DNA of 64,000 nucleotides from the NCBI GenBank assembly GCA_023667315.1, contig JAMPAI010000001.1:72914-136913 (forward strand). The letters run 5' to 3'. Origin of the DNA: Ruminococcus flavefaciens (lineage in GTDB: Bacteria; Bacteroidota; Bacteroidia; Bacteroidales; P3). Positions 35,925-44,131 of this stretch are shown one piece after another (within the stretch, counting starts at the first letter, position 1; every line of letters starts with the position of its first letter). A program made the translations under genes and the position numbers. Under the pieces are notes generated by a model. That model was not told the DNA's origin. It did no database searches and worked only from the letters and a program-made list of their open reading frames with translations.

Positions 35925-37946
35925 TTATTTTTTCTTACGCTTGTTGGTCTTCGTTTCGCGGGCGGCCTCTACGGCTCTGCCCGCCCTTTTCCCTGCGGCG
36001 CTCTTGCGCTTGGGCGCGGGCGATTCGAAAGCCGAGCGGTCGAAGGCCGAGAAATCGTAGCCCCGTTTCTTGCCGCGGGAACCGCGCTCGTATTCGGCTT
36101 CGTCGGGATCCACCATGCTCTGCCAGCCCGAGCGGCTGGTTTTCCATTCGGACCTGCGGTCGTTGAAATCCTCGTAATCGTTGTTTCGCCTGCCGCCCCG
36201 GCCCTTGGCGCGGGAATAGCGTTCTTCGCGCGGTTTCTCATCGGCATAGGCGCGGCCGCCTCTCCGTTCGCTTCTTGCGCCGGAAGACCTCCTTGTTTCC
36301 GAGGGCTTTTCATCCTTGCCGGAGGCCGGTTCGGAGAACAGTTTCCGGTCGCCCCAAACGGTATGGTTCAGGCCGTCTATGATGTCTTCGCAGTAGTTTC
36401 TGTCCACTTCCACGAACGAGCAGGTCTTGTAGATCTCGATGCGTCCGATGCGGGCTTCGTTGGTGCCGATGCAGTCGTTGATGATGCCCAGCATGTTCTG
36501 CGGCTTGAGCCCGTCCATGTGGCCGAGGTTCACGAAGATACGCGTCAGACCTTCTTCCACACCTTTCTGTCCGCGTTTGGAATCGCCCCTGAGCTGTTTC
36601 TTTTCGTCGGGTCGGCTCAGATCCTCCACTACTGGCGCGTTGGCGTAGTATTCCGAAAAACGGTTGAACTCGCGCCATACGAAGCGTTTGATGATTTCTT
36701 CCTTGCTCAGGTCCTGCAATTTCTCGTAGATGCCCGGCAGGTAGTTTTCGATGGGCCCCGCGCCGTCGCCCATGTCGAGCTGCATCATGCGGTTGATCTG
36801 GTAGAGCAGCTGTTTTTCGCAGATTTCCTCGCCTTGGGGAACGGGTTGCAGGATAAAGTCTTTCTTGAGCACCTTCTGGATTTCCCTGAGGCGGCCTTTC
36901 TCGCGCGGGGTGATGATGGCGATCGAGATGCCGGTGGCCGAGGCCCGTCCGGTACGGCCGCTGCGGTGCACGTACTGCTCGGTTTCGTCGGGCAGGTTGT
37001 AGTTGAGCACGTGGGTCAGGTTGGTTACGTCCAGACCGCGCGCGGCCACGTCGGTGGCCACCAGGAGCTGCAGGTTCTTTAGGCGGAAGCGGCTCATGGC
37101 GTTGTCGCGCTGCGCCTGCGAGAGGTCGCCGTGCAGGGCGTCGGCGTTGTAGCCGTCCTTGATCAACTGTTCGGCCACTTCCTGGGTCTCGCGGCGGGTG
37201 CGGCAGAAGATGATGGAGTAGATTTCGGGGTAGAAGTCGATGATGCGCTTGAGGGCCAGGTAGCGTTGGCGTGCGTTCACCATGTAGTAGTGGTGCGTTA
37301 CGTTGGCCGAACCTTCGTTGCGCGTGCCGATGGTTACTTCCTGCGGGTCGTGCATGTAGCGGTTGGCCAGCGTGCGGATTTCCTTGGGCATGGTGGCCGA
37401 GAAAAGCCAGGTGTGCTTGTCTTCGGGCGTGTTCTCCAGAATGCCGTCCAGTTCGTCGCGGAAGCCCATGTTGAGCATCTCGTCGGCTTCGTCGAACACC
37501 ACGGTGCGCAGGGAACTGAAGTCTATCTTGCCGCGGCGTATGATGTCGAGCATACGTCCCGGCGTGGCCACCACGATCTTCACGCCACGGGCGATTTCGT
37601 CCAGCTGGCGTTCGATGCTGGCGCCGCCATATACAGCGCAGATACGCAGGTTCTTTATGTTCTTGGAAAAGTTCTTGAGGTCTTTGGCGATCTGCATGCA
37701 CAGCTCGCGGGTGGGGCTGAGCACGAGGGCTTCCACACCGGCCTGGTGCGGGTCGCATCGCTGCAAGAGGGGCAGGCCGAAGGCGGCGGTCTTGCCGGTG
37801 CCGGTCTGCGCCAGGGCGATCATGTCGGTTTCTTCGGTAAGCAATATGGGCAACACCTGCGCCTGTACGGGCATGGGTTCCGAAAAGCCAAGGTCTTCTA
37901 TAGCGGATAAAATCTCGGGACGAAGATTGAGTTCTGAAAAAGTCAT
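35925..37946 (-). CDS. deaD: DEAD-box ATP-dependent RNA helicase (DeaD/CsdA-like) with a DbpA-type RNA-binding domain and an RG-rich tail
   Basis: 673 aa. AQTGTGKT, VFDEADEML, SAT, HRSGRTGR. Confidence 0.92.
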   Translation of the reverse strand: MTFSELNLRPEILSAIEDLGFSEPMPVQAQVLPILLTEETDMIALAQTGTGKTAAFGLPLLQRCDPHQAGVEALVLSPTRELCMQIAKDLKNFSKNIKNLRICAVYGGASIERQLDEIARGVKIVVATPGRMLDIIRRGKIDFSSLRTVVFDEADEMLNMGFRDELDGILENTPEDKHTWLFSATMPKEIRTLANRYMHDPQEVTIGTRNEGSANVTHHYYMVNARQRYLALKRIIDFYPEIYSIIFCRTRRETQEVAEQLIKDGYNADALHGDLSQAQRDNAMSRFRLKNLQLLVATDVAARGLDVTNLTHVLNYNLPDETEQYVHRSGRTGRASATGISIAIITPREKGRLREIQKVLKKDFILQPVPQGEEICEKQLLYQINRMMQLDMGDGAGPIENYLPGIYEKLQDLSKEEIIKRFVWREFNRFSEYYANAPVVEDLSRPDEKKQLRGDSKRGQKGVEEGLTRIFVNLGHMDGLKPQNMLGIINDCIGTNEARIGRIEIYKTCSFVEVDRNYCEDIIDGLNHTVWGDRKLFSEPASGKDEKPSETRRSSGARSERRGGRAYADEKPREERYSRAKGRGGRRNNDYEDFNDRRSEWKTSRSGWQSMVDPDEAEYERGSRGKKRGYDFSAFDRSAFESPAPKRKSAAGKRAGRAVEAARETKTNKRKKK

Positions 37947-38043
37947 TGTTCTAATTAAGAGGGTCTGTTTGTTTTAATAATCGGTAAAGGTACATAATTT
38001 TCCCCTGCGGGGCGGCTTTTTTCGCGTTTGGTGCGATGGGAAT

Positions 38044-38075
38044 GTTACTTTTTTGGTCTTGCCCAAAAAAGTAAC
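38044..38075. other. perfect 13-bp A/T-rich hairpin
   Basis: gttacttttttgg-tcttgc-ccaaaaaagtaac. Confidence 0.6.
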
Positions 38076-38300
38076 CAAAAAAGGCGCGTCCTGCGCGGAC
38101 GGCGCTCCTATGGCGGAGGGCAATTGGTGCTTGCCAAGGCTTCGGCCGCTCCCGCACCCTGCGCGCTTGTCTTGTGCTATGGAATAACTTCCGAGGCTGC
38201 GCCTCGAAAGAACGCGCGCCCACGTGGCGGTCGGTGCCTCTGGCGGTTGGTTGAGTGCGCTCGCTTCGCTTGTGCGTGGTGGGAGCCTTCGGCGAGGGGA
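38076..38300. repeat. non-coding GC-rich block, apparently two degenerate inverted relatives of the 90-nt element
   Basis: By-eye similarity to copy A: caagac..gcgggagcg and ccacgt..cgcgcgttc..gaggc blocks, with the central mini-hairpin missing. Confidence 0.4.
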
Positions 38301-38315
38301 AAATCGGTTGTTTGA

Positions 38316-39611
38316 TTAAACCACCGTCGCGATGCCGTAGAGCGGAAGGTTGGTGATGCCGTTGGCGTTGTCGTGGTAAGGCAGAGAGGAAGCTTTGTAG
38401 GCGTGTTGCGGCCGGTGGGTCTGGCAAAAGAGCGTAAAGCTTCGCGACCTCAGGTTTTCGCCCGCCTTTACCTCGATGGGGATTACCTCCCCTTTGTTCT
38501 GAATCACGAAATCCACTTCAGAGGTGCTGCGCTCGTTGGTCCAATAACCGATGTAATCGCAAGAAGAGCAGGTAAGTTCCTGCATTACGAATTGTTCGGT
38601 CAACGCCCCCTTGAATTCGGTAAATATGCGGTTTCCGTCGGCCAGAACCTGTGCCTCCAAGCCCGTAAGGGCGCACAGCAAGCCCACATCCACCAAAAAC
38701 AGCTTGAACACGTGCATGTCCTGGTAGGCCTTGAGGGGCATGCGCGGCGCGCTTACCCGGTGCGATTTAAGCACCAGTCCGCAGTCGTGCAGCCACATAA
38801 TGGCCAGTTCAAAGTCTTTGGCGCGCGCACCCGTACGCAACACGCCGTAGATAAACTTCTTGTTTTCCTTGGCCAATTGCGCCGGCAGGCTGTCCCACAC
38901 CATATTGATGCGCGGTACCTGTTCGTAGGGCGCGTGTTTCGAAAAATCGGCCTGATAGGAATGCAGTATCTCGAACTGCGTTTCCCTTACAGTGATATAA
39001 TCCTGCGTGTCAATCCATTGTTGAACCACTTCCGGCATTCCGCCCACGTAGAGATAGGTGCGCATGAGGTGCAGCAATTCCTCGTGAAAGAACGAAACGC
39101 TTTCCCATTCTTTTTTCAGCAGGGATTCCCGCAGCATTTCCTTGCCGCAGGCCTGTAGGAATTCGCCGAAAGAAAGCGGGTACAGTTCCAAGAATGAAAC
39201 CTTACCCACCGGAAACGACTGATGTTGGTGCAGGTTGATTCCGAGTAGCGAACCGGCAGCCACGATAGCGTATTGCGGAGCGTTCTCGCAAAAATATTTC
39301 AAGGAAGTCAGGCCACCCGTCACCGACTGGATTTCATCAAAGATAATCAGTGTATCGGCGGCTTCTATCTTTTTGTTGAAATGCAGCTGGATGGTATCGA
39401 TAATCCGTTTCGTATCGAAATTTTCCTCAAACAGGTTCTTGAACCGGATATCGTTCTCGAAGTTGATATACAGCGTTTCCTTAAAGCAAACCCTGCCGAA
39501 TTCTTTCATCAGTCAGGTCTTGCCCGTTTGCCGCGCTCCCCTTATGATCAAAGGTTTGCGACCTTTTTTTGCCTTCCATTCCTGTAAACTCCGTAACGCA
39601 TCTCGTTTCAT
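38316..39611 (-). pseudogene. AAA ATPase (AAA_14 + DUF4143 type) interrupted by an in-frame TGA right after the Walker A motif
   Basis: Minus strand from ATG 39611 reads MKRDALRSLQEWKAKKGRKPLIIRGARQTGKT-TGA(39515-39513)-L-MKEFGRV..., continuing in the same frame as the ORF 38316-39509. The C-terminus has EVDFVIQNKGEVIPIEVKAG. Confidence 0.8.
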
Positions 39612-39667
39612 GACAAACTCCGAATCTTTGCTGCAAAGATGCCCATTTTTACCGAGTTTTCAAAATT

Positions 39668-39733
39668 ATCTTGATAAAAATGTATTACAGCAACACTTTT
39701 ATCTTGATAAAAATGTATTACAGCAACACTTTT
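39668..39733 (+). repeat. exact tandem duplication of a 33-bp unit
   Basis: atcttgataaaaatgtattacagcaacactttt occurs twice, followed by the inverted atcaagat. Confidence 0.9.
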
Positions 39734-39934
39734 ATCAAGATAATACGCTTTCGTGTGTGTTGTGTTTTTTGTTAAGATACTGTTTTAAAATTAATTTGTT
39801 GTTTTGTTGTATCGAAACGTCCCAAAAAATCAGCGATTCTTTGATTTTTCGGAACGTTTTAATGTAAGCCGAATGCGGAAATTAAAGGTCGGTTTAAAAC
39901 CAATGTTTTGATCAAAATCCGTACATTCGCACCC

Positions 39935-40492
39935 ATGAAAAAGATTTGGTTGATTCTTGCGGTCTTGGTTTCAGGAGCCATGCTCTCGGAGGCTTCCGCA
40001 CAGTGCCTTCGTTGGCGTTCGTTCGAGGAATCGTTGGTGGAGAATGGGGTCCGTTCCCAAATGCGAATGCCCCTCAAGAAGGTGTTCATCGATGTCTATA
40101 CCGACTGGTGCGGCTGGTGCAAACGCCTGGATGCCACCACCTTCACGCATCCCGAGATTGTGCGCTACATGGACAGCGCCTTTATCACCGTTAAGCTGAA
40201 CGCCGAGCGCACAGATACCGTCTATATTAACGGAAACGCCTTCGTGAACCAGTCGGCGGCTTCCGGCAAGCGCGGTTCCCACGACCTGGCCATCCAGCTC
40301 CTGCAAGGCAAGATGTCGTATCCCTCCTGTACTTTCTTGGACGAAAAAGGGCAGCAGATTACCGTGGTGCCCGGCTATATGGATGCCAAACAGTTCGAGG
40401 TGCTGCTGCATTTCGTGGCCGAGGAAGCCTACAAGACCACCTCTTGGGAAGATTTCTCCGCCGCGTTCGCGCCCCGCGCCAAGGTCCAGTAG
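39935..40492 (+). CDS. secreted thioredoxin-fold protein (CxxC)
   Basis: ORF 39908-40492 trimmed to the ATG at 39935 (MKKIWLILAVLVSGAMLSEASAQ signal). VYTDWCGWCKRLD active-site motif. Confidence 0.8.
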   Translation: MKKIWLILAVLVSGAMLSEASAQCLRWRSFEESLVENGVRSQMRMPLKKVFIDVYTDWCGWCKRLDATTFTHPEIVRYMDSAFITVKLNAERTDTVYINGNAFVNQSAASGKRGSHDLAIQLLQGKMSYPSCTFLDEKGQQITVVPGYMDAKQFEVLLHFVAEEAYKTTSWEDFSAAFAPRAKVQ

Positions 40493-40501
40493 AACAAAAT
40501 C

Positions 40502-42052
40502 TCAATGACCCGCTTCGGGAGAGAACGCTCCCGGACGGTAGTATTCCTTAAAGTAGCTCATATCCGGCGCCACGGCGGGTTGTTTTACCGCCGCCTCCCA
40601 GTCTTCCAGCGAGAAGGCCGCCATGTTGCGGCTCAAGGTCGGGAACAGGAAAGAGCGCGTGTTCTTCGTGTAAAAATTGTCTTCCTCCTGCGGCAATACG
40701 AAAGGCGTGGAGAAACGGCCCCTGCGGTCGAAGTAGGCGATGTAAACCTGCGAGGTTCCACCGTTGATGCGCTTGCTTCCGAACACCACCCAACGCCCGT
40801 TGCCGCTCCAGCTGTGGTATTTCTCCCCGTCGGGGCTGTTGAGTTCCTGCGCGCGGCGCACCTTGCCCGTCCAAAGGTCTATCAGGCACAGATCGCCCTG
40901 GTTCTGCGAGGGAAACGAGCCCAACAGCAGCGAGGATGCCAGGATATACCTGCCGCTGGGGTCGGCCTGCGGCATCGAGAGGCTTCGGTCGCTGCCTTCC
41001 TGTAGGCTGCACACCTCCTTTACCATTCCGAAACTGCCTTTCTGCGTATCGAAGGCAATGGAATACAGGCTGTATTGGAAATTCTTGGGATCCGTCAGCC
41101 TTTCGGTGCGGAGGAAATAGAGCCTGCCGCCGTCGGCGCTCCATGTCGGAAACGAGTATTCGTAGCGTTCGTCCATCAGTTCGGGGCAGGAAAACAGGCG
41201 GTTTCCCGCCACATCGTAAATCAGTATCTTGCCCAAGGTGTCGGCAATCAGGTCTTGGGTGCGGTGGCGGTTCGCGTACGCATCCACATGAATGCGCGTG
41301 CTGGCGAAGGCGATGTATTTTCCGTCGCGGCTCCACGAAGGATAGGCCAGCCGCAGGTCGGGATATCCTTCGGGAATGGCGATCTTGAGAAATCCGTTAT
41401 CGTTAAAGAGCAACGTTCCCGCGTGCTGCCCCCGCAGGTGAACCAGCATCCGCCGGGCATCGTTGCCGCTGTTGGTGTGGCAGTTCATGCAGTTGTTGCC
41501 GGTAAAGCGGTTGTCCATCAAGAGCCGTTTGGAGAAATCGGCCAGCGAGCGTTCATACACCTGCAGGTTCAGGCAGGGGTTCTCGTCGTGCGCGCTCAAA
41601 CGATAGGTAAGGTAAGGGTCTATGCTGTCGGAGGCCACCCGCCAGGTCTTGCGGGCGTAGCGTATGCGGTTTTCCTTGCCGCAGGCGTAGATGTCCACCA
41701 GCAGGCTGCCCTCGCACTGCACCGCCTTCTGCAACAGGCCGTGCCATGTGCTTGGCCCGAAACTTACATGGCGTTTGGTGTAGCAGTGCGCCGAATCCAC
41801 CAGGTCGCCCGTCTCCGAGCGCACGTACAGGTTGATGTGGTAAGAGCCGTCCGAGAACGAATCGGCCAGAATCCTGAAGTTGAGCGGCGCGATGTTGGGT
41901 GGAAGCACCAGCGTGTCGGCGTAGTTGGGGAAGATGGGTGCCGGAATCCCCGTCTGCAGGGCGGAACCCTCGTATTTCTTGCAGGCGGGCCTGCAGGCCG
42001 CCGTCAGGCCCGCGATAAGCGCCGCGCATAGGATTGCTTTGGTCTTGGTCAT
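40502..42052 (-). CDS. lipoprotein with one CXXCH heme-binding motif and TolB-like PD40 beta-propeller repeats
   Basis: 516 aa. Lipobox LTAAC, NNCMNCHTNS, and PD40-like repeats (PSWSRDGKYIAFAS, PTWSADGGRLYF, HSWSGNGRWVVFGS). Confidence 0.72.
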   Translation of the reverse strand: MTKTKAILCAALIAGLTAACRPACKKYEGSALQTGIPAPIFPNYADTLVLPPNIAPLNFRILADSFSDGSYHINLYVRSETGDLVDSAHCYTKRHVSFGPSTWHGLLQKAVQCEGSLLVDIYACGKENRIRYARKTWRVASDSIDPYLTYRLSAHDENPCLNLQVYERSLADFSKRLLMDNRFTGNNCMNCHTNSGNDARRMLVHLRGQHAGTLLFNDNGFLKIAIPEGYPDLRLAYPSWSRDGKYIAFASTRIHVDAYANRHRTQDLIADTLGKILIYDVAGNRLFSCPELMDERYEYSFPTWSADGGRLYFLRTERLTDPKNFQYSLYSIAFDTQKGSFGMVKEVCSLQEGSDRSLSMPQADPSGRYILASSLLLGSFPSQNQGDLCLIDLWTGKVRRAQELNSPDGEKYHSWSGNGRWVVFGSKRINGGTSQVYIAYFDRRGRFSTPFVLPQEEDNFYTKNTRSFLFPTLSRNMAAFSLEDWEAAVKQPAVAPDMSYFKEYYRPGAFSPEAGH

Positions 42053-42067
42053 GGTCTTGTCTTTGCC

Positions 42068-44074
42068 CTATCGGATCACGCCGAACAGGTAGTGGTAGGT
42101 GTAGGTGGCGTTGTAGCGGCGGGTAACTTCCTCGAAGGCGATGCCTCGCTGCCTGAGCTGCTCGAGCGCCAGGGTGACGCTCTGCACATCGGCCGCCGCG
42201 CCCGCGCCGATACGGTAGCCTTGATAATCGTTTTCGAGCAAACGCTGCTTGAATATCTGTTGCGGATAGCCTTCCTTAATGCACACGGCCTCCTGCATGT
42301 AGCGCGGCAGGTTCTTTATCTCCGCCAGGCGGTAGAGGCGCAGCAGCAGGTCTATCCTGTCTATCCGTTTTTCCATCAGGTTCAGGAAAGCGTAGTAATC
42401 CACCATTTGGGGCGAAAAGACGGAATCGCCCTGCGAAAGCCGGTGTTCCGCCTCGCTCATCACCCATTGGTCGATGAACCCGCCCGCCTTGTGCAGTGCC
42501 GGGTCATCCAAATTAACGGGTCGGCTGCCGTCTGTGCCCCGGGCAAGCATCGCGCTTACGGTATCGCGGTTGGCCAGGTAGAACGGCCGGCAGTAGAACG
42601 ATTTCTTGGCGTAGTAGAACGTGGTCTGCATGAGCCGCACCTGCGCCGTGCCCACCTGGGCGCGTATCAAGGGTTCGATAAAGCGGTTCTGGATTCCGAA
42701 AAGCTCCATGTTGGAGCGGATCTGCGGCACGTTGGGCGCGAACAGCCCCAAGTTATCGTAGGTCTTGATGTAGGAGTAGTCGTAAGGGCCTATGAACGGC
42801 AGCGGCGCGGGATACATCAGCCCCATTTCGTGCAGGTCGGAGTAGTCGAGGAAGCGGTTGTTGAGTTCCCCCTCCATGAGAAGGCTCAGCCGCAGGTAGG
42901 AAGCCAGGCGGTAGCGCCCCGTCAGGGTCTTTTCGCCGGGGTGTTTCTTCAGTACGCCGAATTTCTGGAAATAACGGTCGCAGAGTTTGAGGCTCTTGGC
43001 GTAATCGCCGCGCACCACGGCGTTCTCCACGCGCGTGGTCATGTGCAGCAGGGGGCTGTGTGCGCAGACGAACACGAGCAAGCAGGTAAACGCGGAGGCG
43101 ATCAGGGTAAGCAGGATGTGGTAGGGATGCGCCAGGGCCGGCTTGCCGTCCTGTATCTTGCCCTGTTTGCGGGCGGTTTCGTAGAGATAGGTCTTCTGGT
43201 TGTTGTAGGCTTGCAGCACGATGCCGGGAACGCAGGCCAGCGCGAACACAACCAAGGCCACCCAGGTGTACCAGGGCGCGCTGAAACCGGGATAGGACGA
43301 GGCTTTCCAGAAGAACAGCCCCGGGGCGAGGGCGATGGCGAGGGCGATGCCCAGATCCCAGAGGCGTATCTTCATGAGGCGTTTTTCCTTGGCCGAAAGC
43401 GCCATGGGAACCCCGATCAGGTGAACGAGCACCACGGCGATCGAGAACATCAGCGCCCAGTGTCCGGTAATATGGTAAAGCGCCACCGAGAAAACGGCGG
43501 AAAGCAGGTGCATGGCGATCAGCGGACCCAGTGCCCCCCGGTGCCGGGCGGCCATGTGGAACAGCAGGAAATAAGGCCACAGAAAGAACATGATGATCCA
43601 CAGGCTTACGGCGATGCTGGCGTGCGTGGGGTTGGGCGAGGGGAACGTGAGGAAGAAGAAAGGCAGAAGGAAAGGCGTGTAGGGGCCGGCGATGCGCCAC
43701 GAGGTAATGCAGAAACCTATTACCAGAAAGGCCACCGTCAGTACGGTAAGCGGCACGTTCAGGTAGAACTGGGCCACGAACCGCCAGATGAACTCGCTGA
43801 TATGGAGGGCGTTCGTATGGTCGAAGAACTGGCGCGCGTAGTTGTTCGAGTAGGCGAAGAAGCTTACGTCCGCCTGATGCAGGAAATAGGGCAGGCTGAA
43901 GATGATCCATAGGCAGGTGGTGATGCCCACGAGGATAATCGTGCCCCACTTGAGGTAGTTTTTCTGTCGTGCGGTGATGTTCATGCCCGCCGCGTTCTGC
44001 CGGTAGGCGCGCACCAAGGGAGGCCAATGCTTGAATATGTTGAGGTTGTTCCAGAGTTCGGATAGACTGTTCAT
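42068..44074 (-). CDS. large polytopic membrane protein with a C-terminal soluble domain (DUF6057-like by recollection)
   Basis: 668 aa. About 9-10 hydrophobic helices in the first ~345 aa, then a ~320-aa hydrophilic domain. Confidence 0.65.
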   Translation of the reverse strand: MNSLSELWNNLNIFKHWPPLVRAYRQNAAGMNITARQKNYLKWGTIILVGITTCLWIIFSLPYFLHQADVSFFAYSNNYARQFFDHTNALHISEFIWRFVAQFYLNVPLTVLTVAFLVIGFCITSWRIAGPYTPFLLPFFFLTFPSPNPTHASIAVSLWIIMFFLWPYFLLFHMAARHRGALGPLIAMHLLSAVFSVALYHITGHWALMFSIAVVLVHLIGVPMALSAKEKRLMKIRLWDLGIALAIALAPGLFFWKASSYPGFSAPWYTWVALVVFALACVPGIVLQAYNNQKTYLYETARKQGKIQDGKPALAHPYHILLTLIASAFTCLLVFVCAHSPLLHMTTRVENAVVRGDYAKSLKLCDRYFQKFGVLKKHPGEKTLTGRYRLASYLRLSLLMEGELNNRFLDYSDLHEMGLMYPAPLPFIGPYDYSYIKTYDNLGLFAPNVPQIRSNMELFGIQNRFIEPLIRAQVGTAQVRLMQTTFYYAKKSFYCRPFYLANRDTVSAMLARGTDGSRPVNLDDPALHKAGGFIDQWVMSEAEHRLSQGDSVFSPQMVDYYAFLNLMEKRIDRIDLLLRLYRLAEIKNLPRYMQEAVCIKEGYPQQIFKQRLLENDYQGYRIGAGAAADVQSVTLALEQLRQRGIAFEEVTRRYNATYTYHYLFGVIR

Positions 44075-44098
44075 TGCTAAATAAAAGCTTTTTCAGCA

Positions 44099-44106
44099 CA
44101 AATTTA
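44099..44106 (-). promoter_or_regulatory. -7 box TAaaTTTG upstream of the polytopic membrane protein gene
   Basis: Minus strand reads gccTAAATTTGtgctg, 24 nt upstream of the ATG at 44074. Confidence 0.5.
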
Positions 44107-44131
44107 GGCAAAAGTGCGTAAATTAGCCCCT

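Noticed and set aside
38028-38315. 95-aa plus-strand ORF in the GC-rich block downstream of the AAA pseudogene.
   Set aside because: It has a low-complexity Arg/Gly/Ala composition, no start context and no promoter box. The region is better explained as decayed repeat elements.
39513-39515. TGA in the AAA ATPase as selenocysteine or programmed readthrough.
   Set aside because: The position is in the Walker A/helix region, where no Sec is expected. I see no SECIS-like hairpin immediately downstream. A simple nonsense mutation or sequencing error is more parsimonious.
39235-39867. 210-aa plus-strand ORF spanning the pseudogene 5' end and the 33-bp repeats.
   Set aside because: It is antisense to the ATPase N-terminus and then reads through tandem repeats (YLDKNVLQQHF twice). 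It has no coding-like composition.
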